Counted from the stretch's first letter, positions 37,402 to 50,340 are shown. The stretch: DNA of 64,000 bases from Nageia nagi (GCA_050084985.1 JBITNC010000001.1:157294001-157358000); one strand, 5' to 3'. Numbers and translations: made by a program. Notes: a model not told the origin generated them from the sequence alone.

Positions 37402-39429
37402 TAATGAAGCATTGGCACACTTGTTCTCGCATTCTTGTCTTATATTTTGGTGTGTTTGATGTAATCTTGCTTCCTTGTGTTTGGTGTTGTGCAATTAAGG
37501 TGTTATTTGGCTTGTAGAGTGATTCGTTGGGATTTTTGGCACATTTTTGATGCCCTAGATTAGTTCGTGGCATGCTTAGATGCCTGATTTGATGTTTATT
37601 GCTTACTAGTTGGCTAATGTTTGCATGGAAGAATTTTTGGGATTTTACAGGGACAAATTTTGCAACACTATTGGCTGCATACTTCATGATGTTTGAGATT
37701 GCCTATGACATCATATTTGTGACAATTTTTCCTTCTTGTGTTGAGACTTCTATGATGCTTGAGGTTGCACACTTGTTTTGGAATGAGGAGAGGAATACGA
37801 CTGTTTTTATTATGCCATTCAGAGTTGTGTATGATGAGCATAAGTTGGTAGATTTTGTAGACATGGAAGATGACAATGAAGAGTTTCAAATATTACTTGC
37901 AATATGTATGTATCTTGATGTGGCTTTGATGGATACTTGGAGGGTTGTGTATCTACATGTTGATGAGGTTGCCTTTGCACCCTTTTTCATTCTTGCCAAG
38001 AAGAAGAGAATGGCACAACAAAAACGTGGTGGACCTTCTTCCTTGGCATTGATTTGGAACCTTGGGGTTGTATTGCAATTGCTTGGGGACAAGCAATTTC
38101 GAGACTAGAGGCTTTGTAACATCCCTTTTTGGGCTAAATTGGTGAAATATGGGATACTAGGTATTCCCTTTTTGAAGATAAAGTTCGCCATAGGTTTTGG
38201 ATGGTTTATTAGACTTCTTCATTGGATAGAGCATCTCGTGGGAAGCATTTTGATAGGTCATACGACATGGTTTCATAAGGAAACAAAAGAGTTATGGCCT
38301 TTTGATGTTCGCCAGTGGGACCAATCTTCAATACTGCTTCCGCGCATAGAAATCCAAGAACGTCTCCATATTGACCCCTTGGAGTGTGACGTCTCTCTCC
38401 TTGGGATATGCTTTAGTTATGGATTGTATTTAGGTGTGTTTGATCATAGTAATAATGGGGGCCACTTGTATGAGTTGTAATACATGATTCCAAGGCTAAT
38501 TAATAATTGTAAATGCAATATTAGTCAACAATAATGAGGTGTTGCATATCTAGCCATTGGATCTTGTAACGTGGACCACTAAATGTGATGATTGGCATTC
38601 CTAGGCAACATTGGATTAGAGAGGCATGTGTATGATTCTTAGGTGAGATCTAGGAGAAAACTATATAAAGGAGACTCACATCATTGTATAGATATGTTGA
38701 TTTTTGATATTGAAACCTTTCCAGCTTTTCGGAGTTTCTAAAGACTTGGCGGTGTCAAGCACCCTTGGGCGTGTATTTCAAGGAGAGATTACAAGGCTTG
38801 GAACACCTTCTATTCCCTGTTTGAGGTGATTCTTCATGCTGTGAGGTTGCCTTTTCTTGAGGCATCCATAGTGGTCAACATCTTTTAATCCATTTGGTGG
38901 TATTCCGAAACTACATTTGTTCTCTTCATCCGGAGCCAGCTTGTGAGGAAGCCCTTTAATAAGGCATCCATAGATCTGATAGAGTGTGGTTGTTCTGCAG
39001 TATCTTCTTCAGTGATCATATTTGCACATTTGTGTCCCCTAGTTTGCTTCTTTGAGGCCAACATTGAGCCCTTTGGGCCTGGTAATGCCTTGTACTCATT
39101 ATTCATCCATTATTTGAGCATTGGTGCATTGGATCTGTTCATTTTTGACTTGATTTGATATGTGTTTGATGTTATATTGCCTTTTTGAGTGAGATGTCAT
39201 GTTTTTGGGTTCATATATTGTGTATTTTGCATGATATTTGGATGCCCTAGTGTGACGTTGGCTTATTGTGGTGTTTTTTGGCTAAGGGAGTGAGACGTTG
39301 AGGCTTGTGGCCTAATTTCTTGCATGTTTATTGCCGTAGATTAGTTCGTAGCATCCATATAAGCATAATTTAATATTTGTTGGTGAATTTTTGGCTAATT
39401 TCCAAGTGTAGAATTTTTGGGATTTTATA

Positions 39430-39840
39430 GGAAGTTTTCACTACTTGACCTATATCGTCTTTTATCTTTCTAGATTCCATTTTGAACCTCATGTTTCCTA
39501 TTGGAAGACAACTAAAAGAGCCTTCAGGTATATCAAGGGAATATTTATCAGAATGGAGTCGCATCAATGTTATAGGTATTATTTTTGGAAGTTTGCAGTA
39601 CTTGACCTATATCATGTTTTATCTTTCTAGATTCCATTTTGAACCTCATGTTTCCTATTGGAACACAACTAAGAGAGCCTTCAGGTATATTTTGGTATCC
39701 TTCTCTACATAGATTTTTTATCAGAATGGAGCCGCATCAATGTTATTTGGTTTTGCACGTCAATAGAAAATAGTGTACTTTCAGCTTTGTACTTTCATAT
39801 GCAAGTGGATGTATTACTTGGTGTAGCAAGAAGCGTAATG
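39430..39840 (+). mobile_element. Ty1/copia RT remnant, 3' half, with a ~157-bp tandem duplication
   Basis: GS..YLTY..YLSRFHFEPHVSYWKTTKRAFRYIKG occurs twice (from 39430 and 39587), followed by VITWCSKK. Confidence 0.85.
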
Positions 39841-40539
39841 AAGATTTTGTGTGGTTGAAAAATGATGGATGCTGGATTCTAAATCAGAATAATATTGTTT
39901 GTTGGTTACACTGGAAAAAACTAGGACTACAGGTTGTTAAATGTTTCTACTTAGAAGCTTGTGGTTTGTAGAGATGTTAGTAAATATGAGAACACACCTT
40001 TCTGGATAGTGACATGCATTGTCACAAGTGTTAACTTTATTTGGATCTTTTCTCTATCTTCCTCTTCGTAAAAAAGAAAAATGCGGTCTGCTTTCATGTT
40101 ATTTCGTTCCTTTTTTGATCTACGAGTTTGGGTTACTACCAGTGAGTTCTTTTTATATTCAATTTCTAAATCTGAACTGGCAGCTATTAATGAATCCACT
40201 GAACAATGTTGTTTCTTCTGCAACATTGTTTGTTGTATGGCGAAATTTCTTCTAATATAGTATCCTTCCTGGGTGGTTTCCTAACTCTCCACCATCCCTA
40301 TGCCACGCCTGGTTCCCCTTTGGAGGCCCCATATAAATTCAGTTTGATTCATCGGTTTCCATTTGGTTTCTTGTCTTGTTCTTTTTTGAAGGCCATTTGT
40401 CCTGACTCCATTATTGGGTGTACTGCTGTTGGAAATTAACTTCTTCTATGTCAGTAAAATTTTATAAATGGGTACAATCATATTTTTTACAAATTGTGTT
40501 GCTGATAAATGTTTTTGCTATGTATACACTAAAATTTAG

Positions 40540-40718
40540 GAAAAGCAAGAGCTTAAAAAGACCTTAGAAGAGGAAGCTAGGAGATGCCAGTGGCTTGTCT
40601 TGTGGCTTGATTGTGATATGGAAGGAGAGAATATTGCATTTGAGGTCATAGATGTATGCCGTTCAGCTAATCGTCATCTCAATATTTGGAGAGCTCACTT
40701 TTCTGCTTTGATTGAAAG
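40540..40718 (+). CDS. TOP3A: TOP3A exon 2
   Basis: TTAG|[36 protein letters not shown]...RAHFSALIE(R)|GT, phase 0 to 2. Confidence 0.95.
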
Positions 40719-40857
40719 GTATTAGTTTGTGGAGAGATGGAGATATTCGGTGAAAATATATTTCTTTATCTTTTTAAATATTTATGTGTCTACAAGCACT
40801 TAGTGGCGATCTCGTTTTATTTGTGTTATTTTACTAATAGTGCATTTTGTGTGATAG

Positions 40858-40930
40858 AGATATCCATGAATCTGTGCGAAGGTTGGGGCGGCCAAATCAG
40901 TTCTTTACAGATGCAATTGATGCCAGGCAG
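40858..40930 (+). CDS. TOP3A: TOP3A exon 3
   Basis: TAG|(R)DIHESVRRLGRPNQFFTDAIDARQ|GT, phase 2 to 0. Confidence 0.93.
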
Positions 40931-41232
40931 GTTTGCATATAGCAAACTAATTTAACTAATGGAAAATTAATCTATTGATTTGATGGACGTGATGTGTACT
41001 TCATTTGGTATGCAGAAATAAATTTGATAGATTGGCGGGAAATTTGTGCTTCTTTGCTTTCATTAGAATCTAGATTATAGACGCATTCTGAATTTGACAT
41101 TTCAATCCTCCAATGTCTTATTTCGAACATTTTTAGTCATTGGATTTTCATTTGAACTTTGGTCCAGCTTCTGTCATTATGTACAATTGTTGTGAGGGAA
41201 ATGAATCTTCTAATATGGATGGTTTATCACAG

Positions 41233-41355
41233 GAAATTGATCTTCGGATAGGGGCCTCCTTCACTCGTTTTCAGACAATGTTATTGAGAGATGCTTTTTC
41301 ATTTCCTTTCTCTGAGGATGAGAGAAAGCTTGTCTTAAGTTATGGACCTTGCCAG
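41233..41355 (+). CDS. TOP3A: TOP3A exon 4
   Basis: CAG|EIDLRIGASFTRFQTMLLRDAF...LSYGPCQ|GT, 41 codons. Confidence 0.95.
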
Positions 41356-41464
41356 GTTTGTTTTCTACAGTCCTTCCTTGAAAATTTCGTTGAACTCCAA
41401 GTTCATTCAATTCAGAAGAGTGATAAGGTAAACTAGTGATCCGTAATAACTTTCACTATTACAG

Positions 41465-41586
41465 TTTCCAACTCTTGGATTTATTGTTGAGAGATATTGG
41501 GAAATACAAGCACATGAACCGGAAGAATACTGGACCATTAATTGCTCCCATACTGCAGAGGATGGCACAGCGACGTTTAGTTGGGG
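41465..41586 (+). CDS. TOP3A: TOP3A exon 5
   Basis: CAG|[29 protein letters not shown]...TFSW(G)|GT, phase 0 to 2. Confidence 0.95.
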
Positions 41587-41678
41587 GTATGTGGTGCAAT
41601 GTTTTTCCTTAAATTATCCAAAGGGTTCCTTTTTTCCATAGATAAGATATTCATTTCCGCTTCATGATTCTTTTACAG

Positions 41679-41751
41679 GCGGGGTCATTTGTTTGATTAC
41701 ACATGTGCTGTGATCATTTATGAAATGTGTGTGGAGGATCCTGTTGCAACT
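41679..41751 (+). CDS. TOP3A: TOP3A exon 6
   Basis: CAG|(G)[24 protein letters not shown]|GTAAGT. Confidence 0.94.
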
Positions 41752-41879
41752 GTAAGTATTTTAATTGTTTTTTAAATCTCTGTAGACAGCTATTTAAGCA
41801 GTTGCTGCCTTTATGTTCACTTGTATAACTTGCAATTTTGACAGTTCTATATTACAAATTGTTTCTTACACGTTTACAG

Positions 41880-41996
41880 GTTAAAAATGTGACTCATCAA
41901 GAGCGACGGAAGTATCCACCTCATCCTCTAAGTACCATTGAACTACAAAAACGTGCCTCACATTATTTTCGTATGAGTTCTGAACATACTATGAAG
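41880..41996 (+). CDS. TOP3A: TOP3A exon 7
   Basis: CAG|[39 protein letters not shown]|GTAAGC, 39 codons. Confidence 0.95.
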
Positions 41997-42189
41997 GTAA
42001 GCTAGCATCAATCATGCATGAAGTGATGTGACATATTTTTGGTAGATTCAATGAAGTTCTTGAGACCTCAAATGTTTATTTTACATTATAAATTTTTTCT
42101 CGTTATACAAAAATGAAAAATAAATTAAAAATTGACCGAAATCATTAAATGGTACTGCCAAGTTGAATCAGTTGCTATACATATGCATT

Positions 42190-44132
42190 TATCAAAATAA
42201 AATATTCAGAAAGGTCATCCTTTCAGCAGCTGACTCCATTGAGCATCCAAACTTCTTGTGGCCGTGGTTGGTGAACGCAACCTTCTTGAGAAGCTCTCCC
42301 TGCAGCACCTTCAACATCAAATCAATCCTATGGTAGTATCCGTTTATTACTTTAGAAGCCTGCTCCATCTGATACCGCCAAATGGTTAATGACCTGTGAC
42401 GCTCAATAACTGTCCTTGTCTTGACGAGGTTGATTTCCCTAATTTGCAGGAGTTCTTTAATCATGTTCTTCGTCTCTCAAACGACCTCGTCTGCATTCTA
42501 GCTTGACCATCTTCACTGTGCACCCTAGTTATTTCCGGAAAATGGTGCGACCTATCTTGGGATTTCTCTGGCTTTGGCCTCTTCTGCTCCTACTGAAAAG
42601 TAACCTTGGATCATGCAACTAATCAAATGTATCCTTTCAAGCAAATCGTATATTTTGAAAATGATGCCCTGGTCGCCTGATCTACTCTCCTTGCTTGTTG
42701 CATTGGAGTGGGAACATGCGACCTATATTACCATTCAAAAACTCCTCAAACATAGCCTCAAATTGTTTCCCTAGGCTTTTGCTACCATCTAGCAAAATTT
42801 CATGAAGTGGGAACACCTCTCTCCCTTGGTTGCATGGTTTCACCCTTAATGCTTAGTCGCTTTATTCAGAGCATGTGACTTCTTCCAATCTTAGGAATTA
42901 TTCTTTGTATTGAGCTTCGTACCCCTTATATAGCTGTTTCATACCACTTGTCCACAATATTGAAACTACCCACGTGTCGGATCTTTCTTCTTAGCTAGGT
43001 CGCATGTTTTGATGGGTATGCATTGGTCACTTGGCTTGGAGAGTATGCCATCTACATTTGGGTGAAAACATGTGCCCACCTTTCTTTTTGGAAAACCGTA
43101 AGGTCTTATCTCTTCTTTTAAACCACACTTATCTATCTTTCACCCTTCTTTAGGCCCAATTGCTCATGGTCGCATGGTTTTGGGTGATTGCTCTAGTCGC
43201 ATGGTTGAAGGAGTATACACTTTGCATCCTTAATGAAGCATGCAACCACCCTTTGTTGCTTGAAAATTGCACAAAATGAAGACCTCTCTTGCTTTTATAG
43301 GTCTTATTGCCACTTGTCACTTCTTCACTAATTGGAGTTCCTTTTCACCTTAGTCGAACAGTTTGACAATCATGCCTTGGCGCACAGTTTCATGTGCATG
43401 CATCTTGCATTGAGGCTGAAGTATGTGACCACCCCTTTTACCACTTAGAATTTGCACAAATTGAGATCCCCGCCTTGTTTTATAGGTTCTGATGCCATTT
43501 GTGACTTCTTGGCTAACTAGGTCCGTTTTTCAACTTGGTCGCGTGTTTTGGGAGTTATGCCATGGTCGCTCAGTTTAAGAGACATGCCTATTCCATCTTC
43601 CTCAAAACATGCGATCAACTAATTTGAGTATATCATGGTCGTGCATTTAGGACATGATGCCTTGGTCGCGCGATTTAAAAGACATGCCTACTCCATCTTC
43701 TTCAAAATATGCAACCACTCCAAGACTTGTAATTTTTTTTCAAATTCAAAATTCTTAGCTCTATTTATGACCTTCTAAATGACTAGGACCTTTCATGACC
43801 TTGTTCACTTACTTGTTTCATGTCTATGGTGTTTTGGGTCATGTTTGGCTCACAAAGTTTTGGAAGATGACTTCTTTCATTAGGATGAAAACATGCAACC
43901 TACATGAAACTTAGGATTTTTGCAAGGAAATCGATACTATGTTCTCCTATCCTATAAAAAAGACTAGTGCCAACATCTTAATCAAGTTGGGCTAAGGTTT
44001 AGGGTTTTAGGGTTGTGGTGTGTCTCTTCAATCTATTTCATCTCAGACCATTTTGAAGAGTTGCAACTCTCTTTTGCCAAAATAGGGTCCTCAAAATTTG
44101 CAAAAATTTATGGGTGTGGTGCGGGCACAACA
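42190..44132 (-). mobile_element. Truncated Tat-family LTR remnant with a GGTCGCATG repeat array
   Basis: Terminus AAAATAGGGTCC..AAAAT...GGGTGTGGTGCGGGCACAACA (44132) matches 25824 and 56913. Many GGTCGCA/TGCGACC motifs at 42660-43900. Minus-strand TATA CTATATAAG at ~42925-42933. Helical ORF remnant at 42192-42464. Confidence 0.6.
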
Positions 44133-45329
44133 AGATGCAAGGAACTTCCCATGTTCTGTTGCAAATCTGTTGTACGAGGTTGAGAAACTGGTGATTTTGA
44201 TTATCGATTATGGATCTATGGTTTGAAATTTTTTCTTGAGATATGTGATTATGTTGTATGAGTTGTCTTCCATTGCCTACATTTGGCCACTCTGCCAACT
44301 GACATCAGATGGGAGAAAGTTTCAATTGCTATAATAGATCTATAAATTTCTTGCCAAGATTGAACCATAAAGGTCACTGTATATACAGAAAAGTGTATCC
44401 AACATCGACATATAAATTGTAAGAAAGTCAAGAATGCTTGCTTAGTATCCAACATCGACAAATATTAACACCTCTTCTGACAATAGTAGAGGCTAAAATT
44501 TTGAAAAAATAAAGTGCTATTTAGTTCTTATCCCTTGAATAGTGCAAAGTTTTGAGGTGGTCTCTTCATTGGGCATTTAATGATTATCTCAATATAAAGC
44601 TGCTCGGACTGCTTTCTTTTTTGTTGACGAAATAATATAGATTGTGTGGACTGATTGGGTCATAGTCCAAGGTAGCACACATTGATGAAGATGACATAAA
44701 TTATTATTCATGACATCAGTTGTTAATTGGTGATATCAGCATAGTTCTTGCATTTAATTCTACAACGTTTAAACTTCATGCTAACATAAAAGAAACTATT
44801 GGTAAAAATTTGTCAAAACCCTGAACTCTTTTGGCTGTAGACTCCAATTATTTACGGTTTATCTGACTTGAAGACAACTTGAGTAACTTTAAATTTGACT
44901 TCGTAAAAAATTAATTTAAGAAGTGAATTGTGTTAGTTGAAAATTAATCCCCACAAAATTCAACCTAAAGAAAAGGGTTCTAGCTCAGTGAGGAAGTGTC
45001 ATCTAATGACTTCTAATCACATCCCATTACAAGAATTAAAATGATATGAAAAATACTAATAGTACACAATTGGAGTTAACAATTAACACGATTCATAACT
45101 TCTCAAAACATAAAGGTAGAAGGAAGCTCGAATTCATGCATTAGACATGTTCATGTGCGAAGTACAATACTTCCTTATTAAAAGTGTGTCAATATTTGAT
45201 TCAAATTGAGCAAAAATACTTGGGAAGATTGCACAAGTAAAACAATAAGCACTGTTGAACGTAATTTATCATTTTTTTACACATTTATTTCTATACCCGT
45301 GAACAAATCAACATTAAGGGACATACAAA

Positions 45330-46530
45330 TCAAGATTCCACAAGGCCTCGGGAACAAGGGAAGGAATTCCCAAGAACAAAGAATAGGGAGGTAATTTGTG
45401 GGGAATGCCCCAAGAAAGTTAGGGGAATGACAAGCGTAATACTATTAAAAATTCTTGGAATTTTCAGATTTTTGAAATTTCATTGTTTCAAATTCATTAT
45501 TATTATGAATTCAATTATGTATACAAAACTTGGTACGGAAACTAGAAATCAAGTATGATTCAAAATATAAAAATGGGCCATAAATTATAATCAATGATCA
45601 TAAGACATAATGTCATTAAGTCTGAATCAGTCTAGTACATAATGATAAATGTAAATCAGAAGTTTGAAATAGTGAAGTCTGAAATCATAGTAGTAAAACT
45701 ATAAAACTAAATTGTGTAAGAATAGAACTAAATATATAGACTAGACTTTAACATGAATATGTCTTGTCAAAATGCTAAAGTGGCAAAATGAAAACTATGG
45801 CTCAAAATCCTCATCCTTTGCTAAGCTATCTGATGAGCTGCCCTTATCATCCAACTTACAAGCCTACAATGGCAGTACAAGCAACCCGTCCGCCTAATCA
45901 TCATCATCCACAAGGTGGAACGGCAACCCATGTGCATAAAAAAACACTGCTACAACGTCATCAACTGCCTCTATTGCTTGCAAGTTAAGTGCGTCAGCTA
46001 TTTTCCCTCTTTTTCTTGTGAGCAGCGTAGGAATTGGCAAACTGGGGATAGTAGAAGTTTCATTTTGAGTTTGTGATTTTTGAACATTTCTTCTTCTTAC
46101 TGCTGTCAAGATAGTTTTTGGGTGAGTGGAAATGAAGTGTTTTGTAAGTTTGTATGCATTCAAAATGGCTCTTTTAGGGTTTGGGCATTGGTGAGACCCA
46201 CCCTCATTATTTGATTGTTCACTTTATTTTTTAATTTTTAAGTGACTTTGTTTTCTTCATGCTGGCTGCCCAAACCAGGGGGAACTCCTGACCATTCTCG
46301 GGAGCGGTCAAGGAGCAGCTAGCCACTCCCCAGTTGCTCCCATAAATCACCGAATGTTCCCCTTGGCGTTCCCAATCAGGGAACAGGTAGCGAACAACTT
46401 CCCACTTCCCTGGAATGTTCTGGGGAACATTTAGGCTGTTCCTCAAAAACATGGAACACCTAGAAAATGTTCCTCCAAACATTCTCACATTCCCAAAATG
46501 GTGGAATGCTGGGAACACCTCCTTCAGGGG
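45330..46530 (-). mobile_element. Internally deleted hAT element
   Basis: Residual transposase peptide AVDDVVAVFFYAHGLPFHLV (~45990-45910). Clustered GGGAAC/GTTCCC subterminal repeats at both ends. Confidence 0.6.
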
Positions 46531-47465
46531 TAATGCCTTTCTGTGGAATCTTGATGAAAATCTATGATATAAATGTCAAATGGAAAACCATTATGGAAAT
46601 GTATATTTATTTTTGTGCTTTTTCCCCTTTAGATTCAATGAGACTGGCTGAATCCGGGAGCTAGTTTCACATGACTTTGACTTGATTGACCTTATACTTT
46701 TGACACCCTTCCGTCTTGAGTAGTTACTACGAATGCCTGTTTTACAGCAGGCAGGACAATTCTTACAATATAGTAAAGTTAGATCAGATTTAGATTCCTG
46801 TCCAAGTTACCATGAGTGACCTTTGCAAACTTCATTGATCCTAAAATATTATTATATCACATTTACTTTTCTTTGTTTGGTGGCTACTGGAAAAAGTGAA
46901 TGCCTCTAAACATAAACTTTCAAAATACAAGTTTAATTATTCACAGTGAGAAAATTACTGATACACTGGTGAATTAACTGCATATGTCATGGTATTATAT
47001 ATATGTTTTACTGTATTCCCGTTTTTTCTTATTTTCTGCAGATATATAATGTAAATTTTATTATAAATAATGTTAGAGATGTCATGAAGTGCATGCCTAA
47101 AAATGTGATCATGAAACAATGTTTACTTGAACATTTTTGTTGTTGGTCTCATGGATATTGAAATTCTTCATCAGTATAATATGACCTCTTGAAAACAAAT
47201 GGTGGAAATCAAAAGCACTATTGTAGCAAGGGATGGTTTTGTTTGTATGCACTCTAAACCCACAATGTAAGAGACCTATGATCTCATTTATTTTGAAAGC
47301 TAAAGAGTAGTGCATGCCGTGCATAGTGGTTGCTATTAGATAAACAATCTAATGAGAATATCACTGTAAGTATAAGTTGTGTTTATAATTTACAGTTGTT
47401 AAAAAAGTTAGTTCTTATGTTTTTTGTGAATGTAATATTTTTTCATGCATTTAATTGGTTGGCAG

Positions 47466-47549
47466 ATAGCAGAGGAGCTATACCAGTGGGGTTTTATAAG
47501 TTATCCTCGTACTGAGACAGATCATTTCTCAGAAAATGCAGATTTACAG
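47466..47549 (+). CDS. TOP3A: TOP3A exon 8 (catalytic tyrosine); gene continues past the window
   Basis: CAG|[28 protein letters not shown]|GT, containing the type IA topoisomerase active-site motif. No further exon recognised up to 64000. Confidence 0.95.
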
Positions 47550-48067
47550 GTTATTTTGACATTTCTTTTTACCCTAAGTTGTACAAGTTACAGGTACTTG
47601 TAACTATTATGTGGAGTTTTCTCGGTACTGTGAATTTTGAAGTGATGCTACTGAATTAGGTGTATTTGCTTGATAAGGAAATCCTAAATAAAGTTTCTTT
47701 AAGAGAATGATGTCATGATTGAATATGGCCAACATATGTTCAATACCATAATTTTTAGCTTTCTATTCATGTGCTGGACTCTGGCAAACAGATCCTAATC
47801 CTTAGGAGTGGTAAGCAACGTCAGTTAGAGTTGAGATAAAACTTTTTTCTATAATCAGAAAACGAAGCCAATTCCCTATCTTTTTGATCTATGCTATAGA
47901 ATAGGTTGTCTCTAGCAATGTGTAAATTAAAAAGTACGTTTTCTTTTCAATTCTCGAGTATGAGATTTGATGGTATCCTTCAGACCTCTAGTTTATGTTG
48001 GAAACTCTTATTTGTAATAGTACAAATGAGGGTTTATGCAGATATATATTTGATGGTCTCAGCAATA

Positions 48068-50340
48068 TGTAACATCCCTTTTGTACTATAGAAAAATAAT
48101 GTCAGAGCCAAAAGGGACTTCTTAATTTCTCTTTTGGAGTTTGTTTAAATATTTTCTTTTAGTTGTTTTGTAATTATTTTTGTATAACTTGGGATAGGAA
48201 TTAAATGGTCCATGGACCCCACTGTGAGCCCCTAGTCGGACATATACCTCCCAAGTGTAGAACAGGACATATTAATGTACTTGGAGATCTTGGACTTGAT
48301 TGTGGGAATCCCAAGTTCTTTTATACATTCAATGACCAGAAAAGAAGTTTGCATGCTTGCGCCAGATTTGGGGAGTCCCCTAGACCCCACGTTGGCCCAT
48401 CCCAGACTCCTAGGCTTCCACACGACACCTAGACCCACGTCGGCATGCGTGGCATCCCTAGACCTTGCACTAGTAGTTATAGCACCTAGGAATCGCACAT
48501 TGGCATGCCTGACACCTAGGCGCCCACGTTGGGCATCTCTGACCCTCTGGAGGCTAACGTTGGGGCCTTAGAGTCTAGTGATGATTTCAAGGTGAGATCC
48601 AGGACCTGGTGAACAGTATAAGAAGGCTTGGAGGTTCATTTGTTGGATAAACTTAATTATTATTACATTTACACTTCTACTTCGTCCGATGGAGAAGACC
48701 TTAGCACAACGCTAAGTGTATTCCTTAGGTGGAGCACCTTTTCCCATCCAGTCGTATCTGAGGTGGAGGTGCTACTTTCCCACGTCCGTCTAGCATCATC
48801 ATAGAGTTTGTCCAGCCCATTCTCAACTGCTAGGAGGTTGACGTTAGCCCTTTGGGCCAGCTTATGTATTGTTGTGCATTGTATATCTCAATATAAGCTG
48901 CGGGCACTTTGCATCTCAGTATTTGTGTTGTTGTTGTGGCATTGTTTGGTGCATTGGTGCATGTGTAGGCCACTTGTTGGCATTGTTGAGCATTGTTGTG
49001 TTGTGTATTTGGCCCATTGTTGGCATTGTGTGGTGTTTATGTGCTTATAGGAGCTCAATGTTGGCATACTAGGGTTTGTGTGGTGTCAATTGGATGCCCT
49101 ATTTGGTTTTCATTAATTGTAAGTGTTGATATTTGTTGGAGATCCTGTTTGGGTTGTTACAGTGGTATCAGAGCTGAAGATCTTGGCGCCTGAGGAGATG
49201 GAAGCCAGATTTACAGCTAGAGTCAAGAAGTCCAAATACGGATAGGTGGTTTTTTGCCAATTATTTCATAAACTTGAAGAACACAAGATCCCTACGGAGG
49301 AAAGGGAGAAGCTGTTGTGGTTTCTGAAGGAAAGACATGAGGAGAAAATATGCAAGAAGAGAGGACAAACGTGGGAGCCCATATCTATGCCTCCACATAA
49401 GACCCCATCAAAGATCGAAATATTGCTCCAGATCTATCGTGGGACGCAAAGGAGTTCCATATAGATATTACTTTTCAGCTTTATTAGGATCTATTGGGAT
49501 ATGGGGTTGTGACATGGCAAGGATCCAATGTTGGGCAGAATGTCCAGAGAACATTCCTTGATAGCTGATTGTATTGGATTCAATCTAGATGGCTATCGTG
49601 ATATTTATAATTCAACAGGATTCGCTGGACCCTTTTTGAAAAATGCCTTTAGAAAGTTTTCTGAAAATAGCTCAAGGAGGAGTAAAAGACATCCAATTGA
49701 AGGGCGTTAGGGGAAGACATGCCCCTACAGGTTCAAAATCAAATTTTGAGATATTATGACATGACTCAGAGGAGGTCAAATTGTTGGGTAACCAACATAA
49801 GCAAAGGGAAGCATATGAAGAAGTAGACATGGCACCATGCGTAAAGGCAATACCATCAAGTCTGCATTTGGAAACAAATCTCGAAGAGGCAAATATAGTA
49901 TGTAAGGAGGACAAATACAACAAAAAATCAAGATCTATTATGAACTCGCACAAAAGATCGACTTAGAAGAATGTTGAAGAAATCGGGATCGAATCAAAGA
50001 ATGTTGAAGAATTACCTACAAATGGTTGGAATCCTGGTTTGGAAAATTTTAGAAAGGAATCAACGTGGAGTAGTGATTGGGAACAAGTTTCAAACAATCA
50101 GAAGATTCAAGAAACTGAAACATTACCAGGAAAACAAGTTGAAGGATCAGATTGGAATGAACATACAGCTACAAAATCACACCAAATATCATTGCATGGT
50201 TACAAAAAATGTCATTTTTGGGAATTTACTTGTTTTGGTACTTTACATGTCTCACAAGAAATTGTGGTGGTTTTTTGCACAATGAACATCACTGCTTGTT
50301 TTAGAATTGTCATGTTTCCTATAACTGTTTCTGCAATGTT
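48068..50340 (+). mobile_element. LTR element 'C': 5' LTR 48068-49161, PBS and gag-N-like ORF; 3' part not seen
   Basis: TGTAACATCCC...GGGTTGTTACA, perfect TGGTATCAGAGC at 49163-49174, peptide PPHKTPSKIEILLQIYRGT. Confidence 0.8.

Larger units (their letters stand above)
30240..37649 (+). mobile_element. Remnant of a second A-family LTR element (internal region plus rearranged 3' LTR)
   Basis: The LTR 5' part is inverted at 32226-32640, the forward LTR part is at 32730-32880, and the LTR end GGGATTTTACA is at 37649. Interrupted by a solo LTR and a LINE. Confidence 0.6.
13282..39429 (+). mobile_element. Pol-less LTR retrotransposon 'A' hosting nested insertions; TSD GGAAG
   Basis: 5' LTR 13282-15262 (TGTAACATCCC...GGGATTTTACA), PBS TGGTATTAGAGC (tRNA-iMet-like) at 15264-15275, homologous 3' LTR 38115-39429. 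GGAAG at 13277-13281 and 39430-39434. Confidence 0.9.

Noticed and set aside
37599-38108. 169-aa hydrophobic ORF suggesting an env-like protein
   Set aside because: It lies in the T-rich 3' internal region of element A and overlaps an LTR end, so composition explains it.
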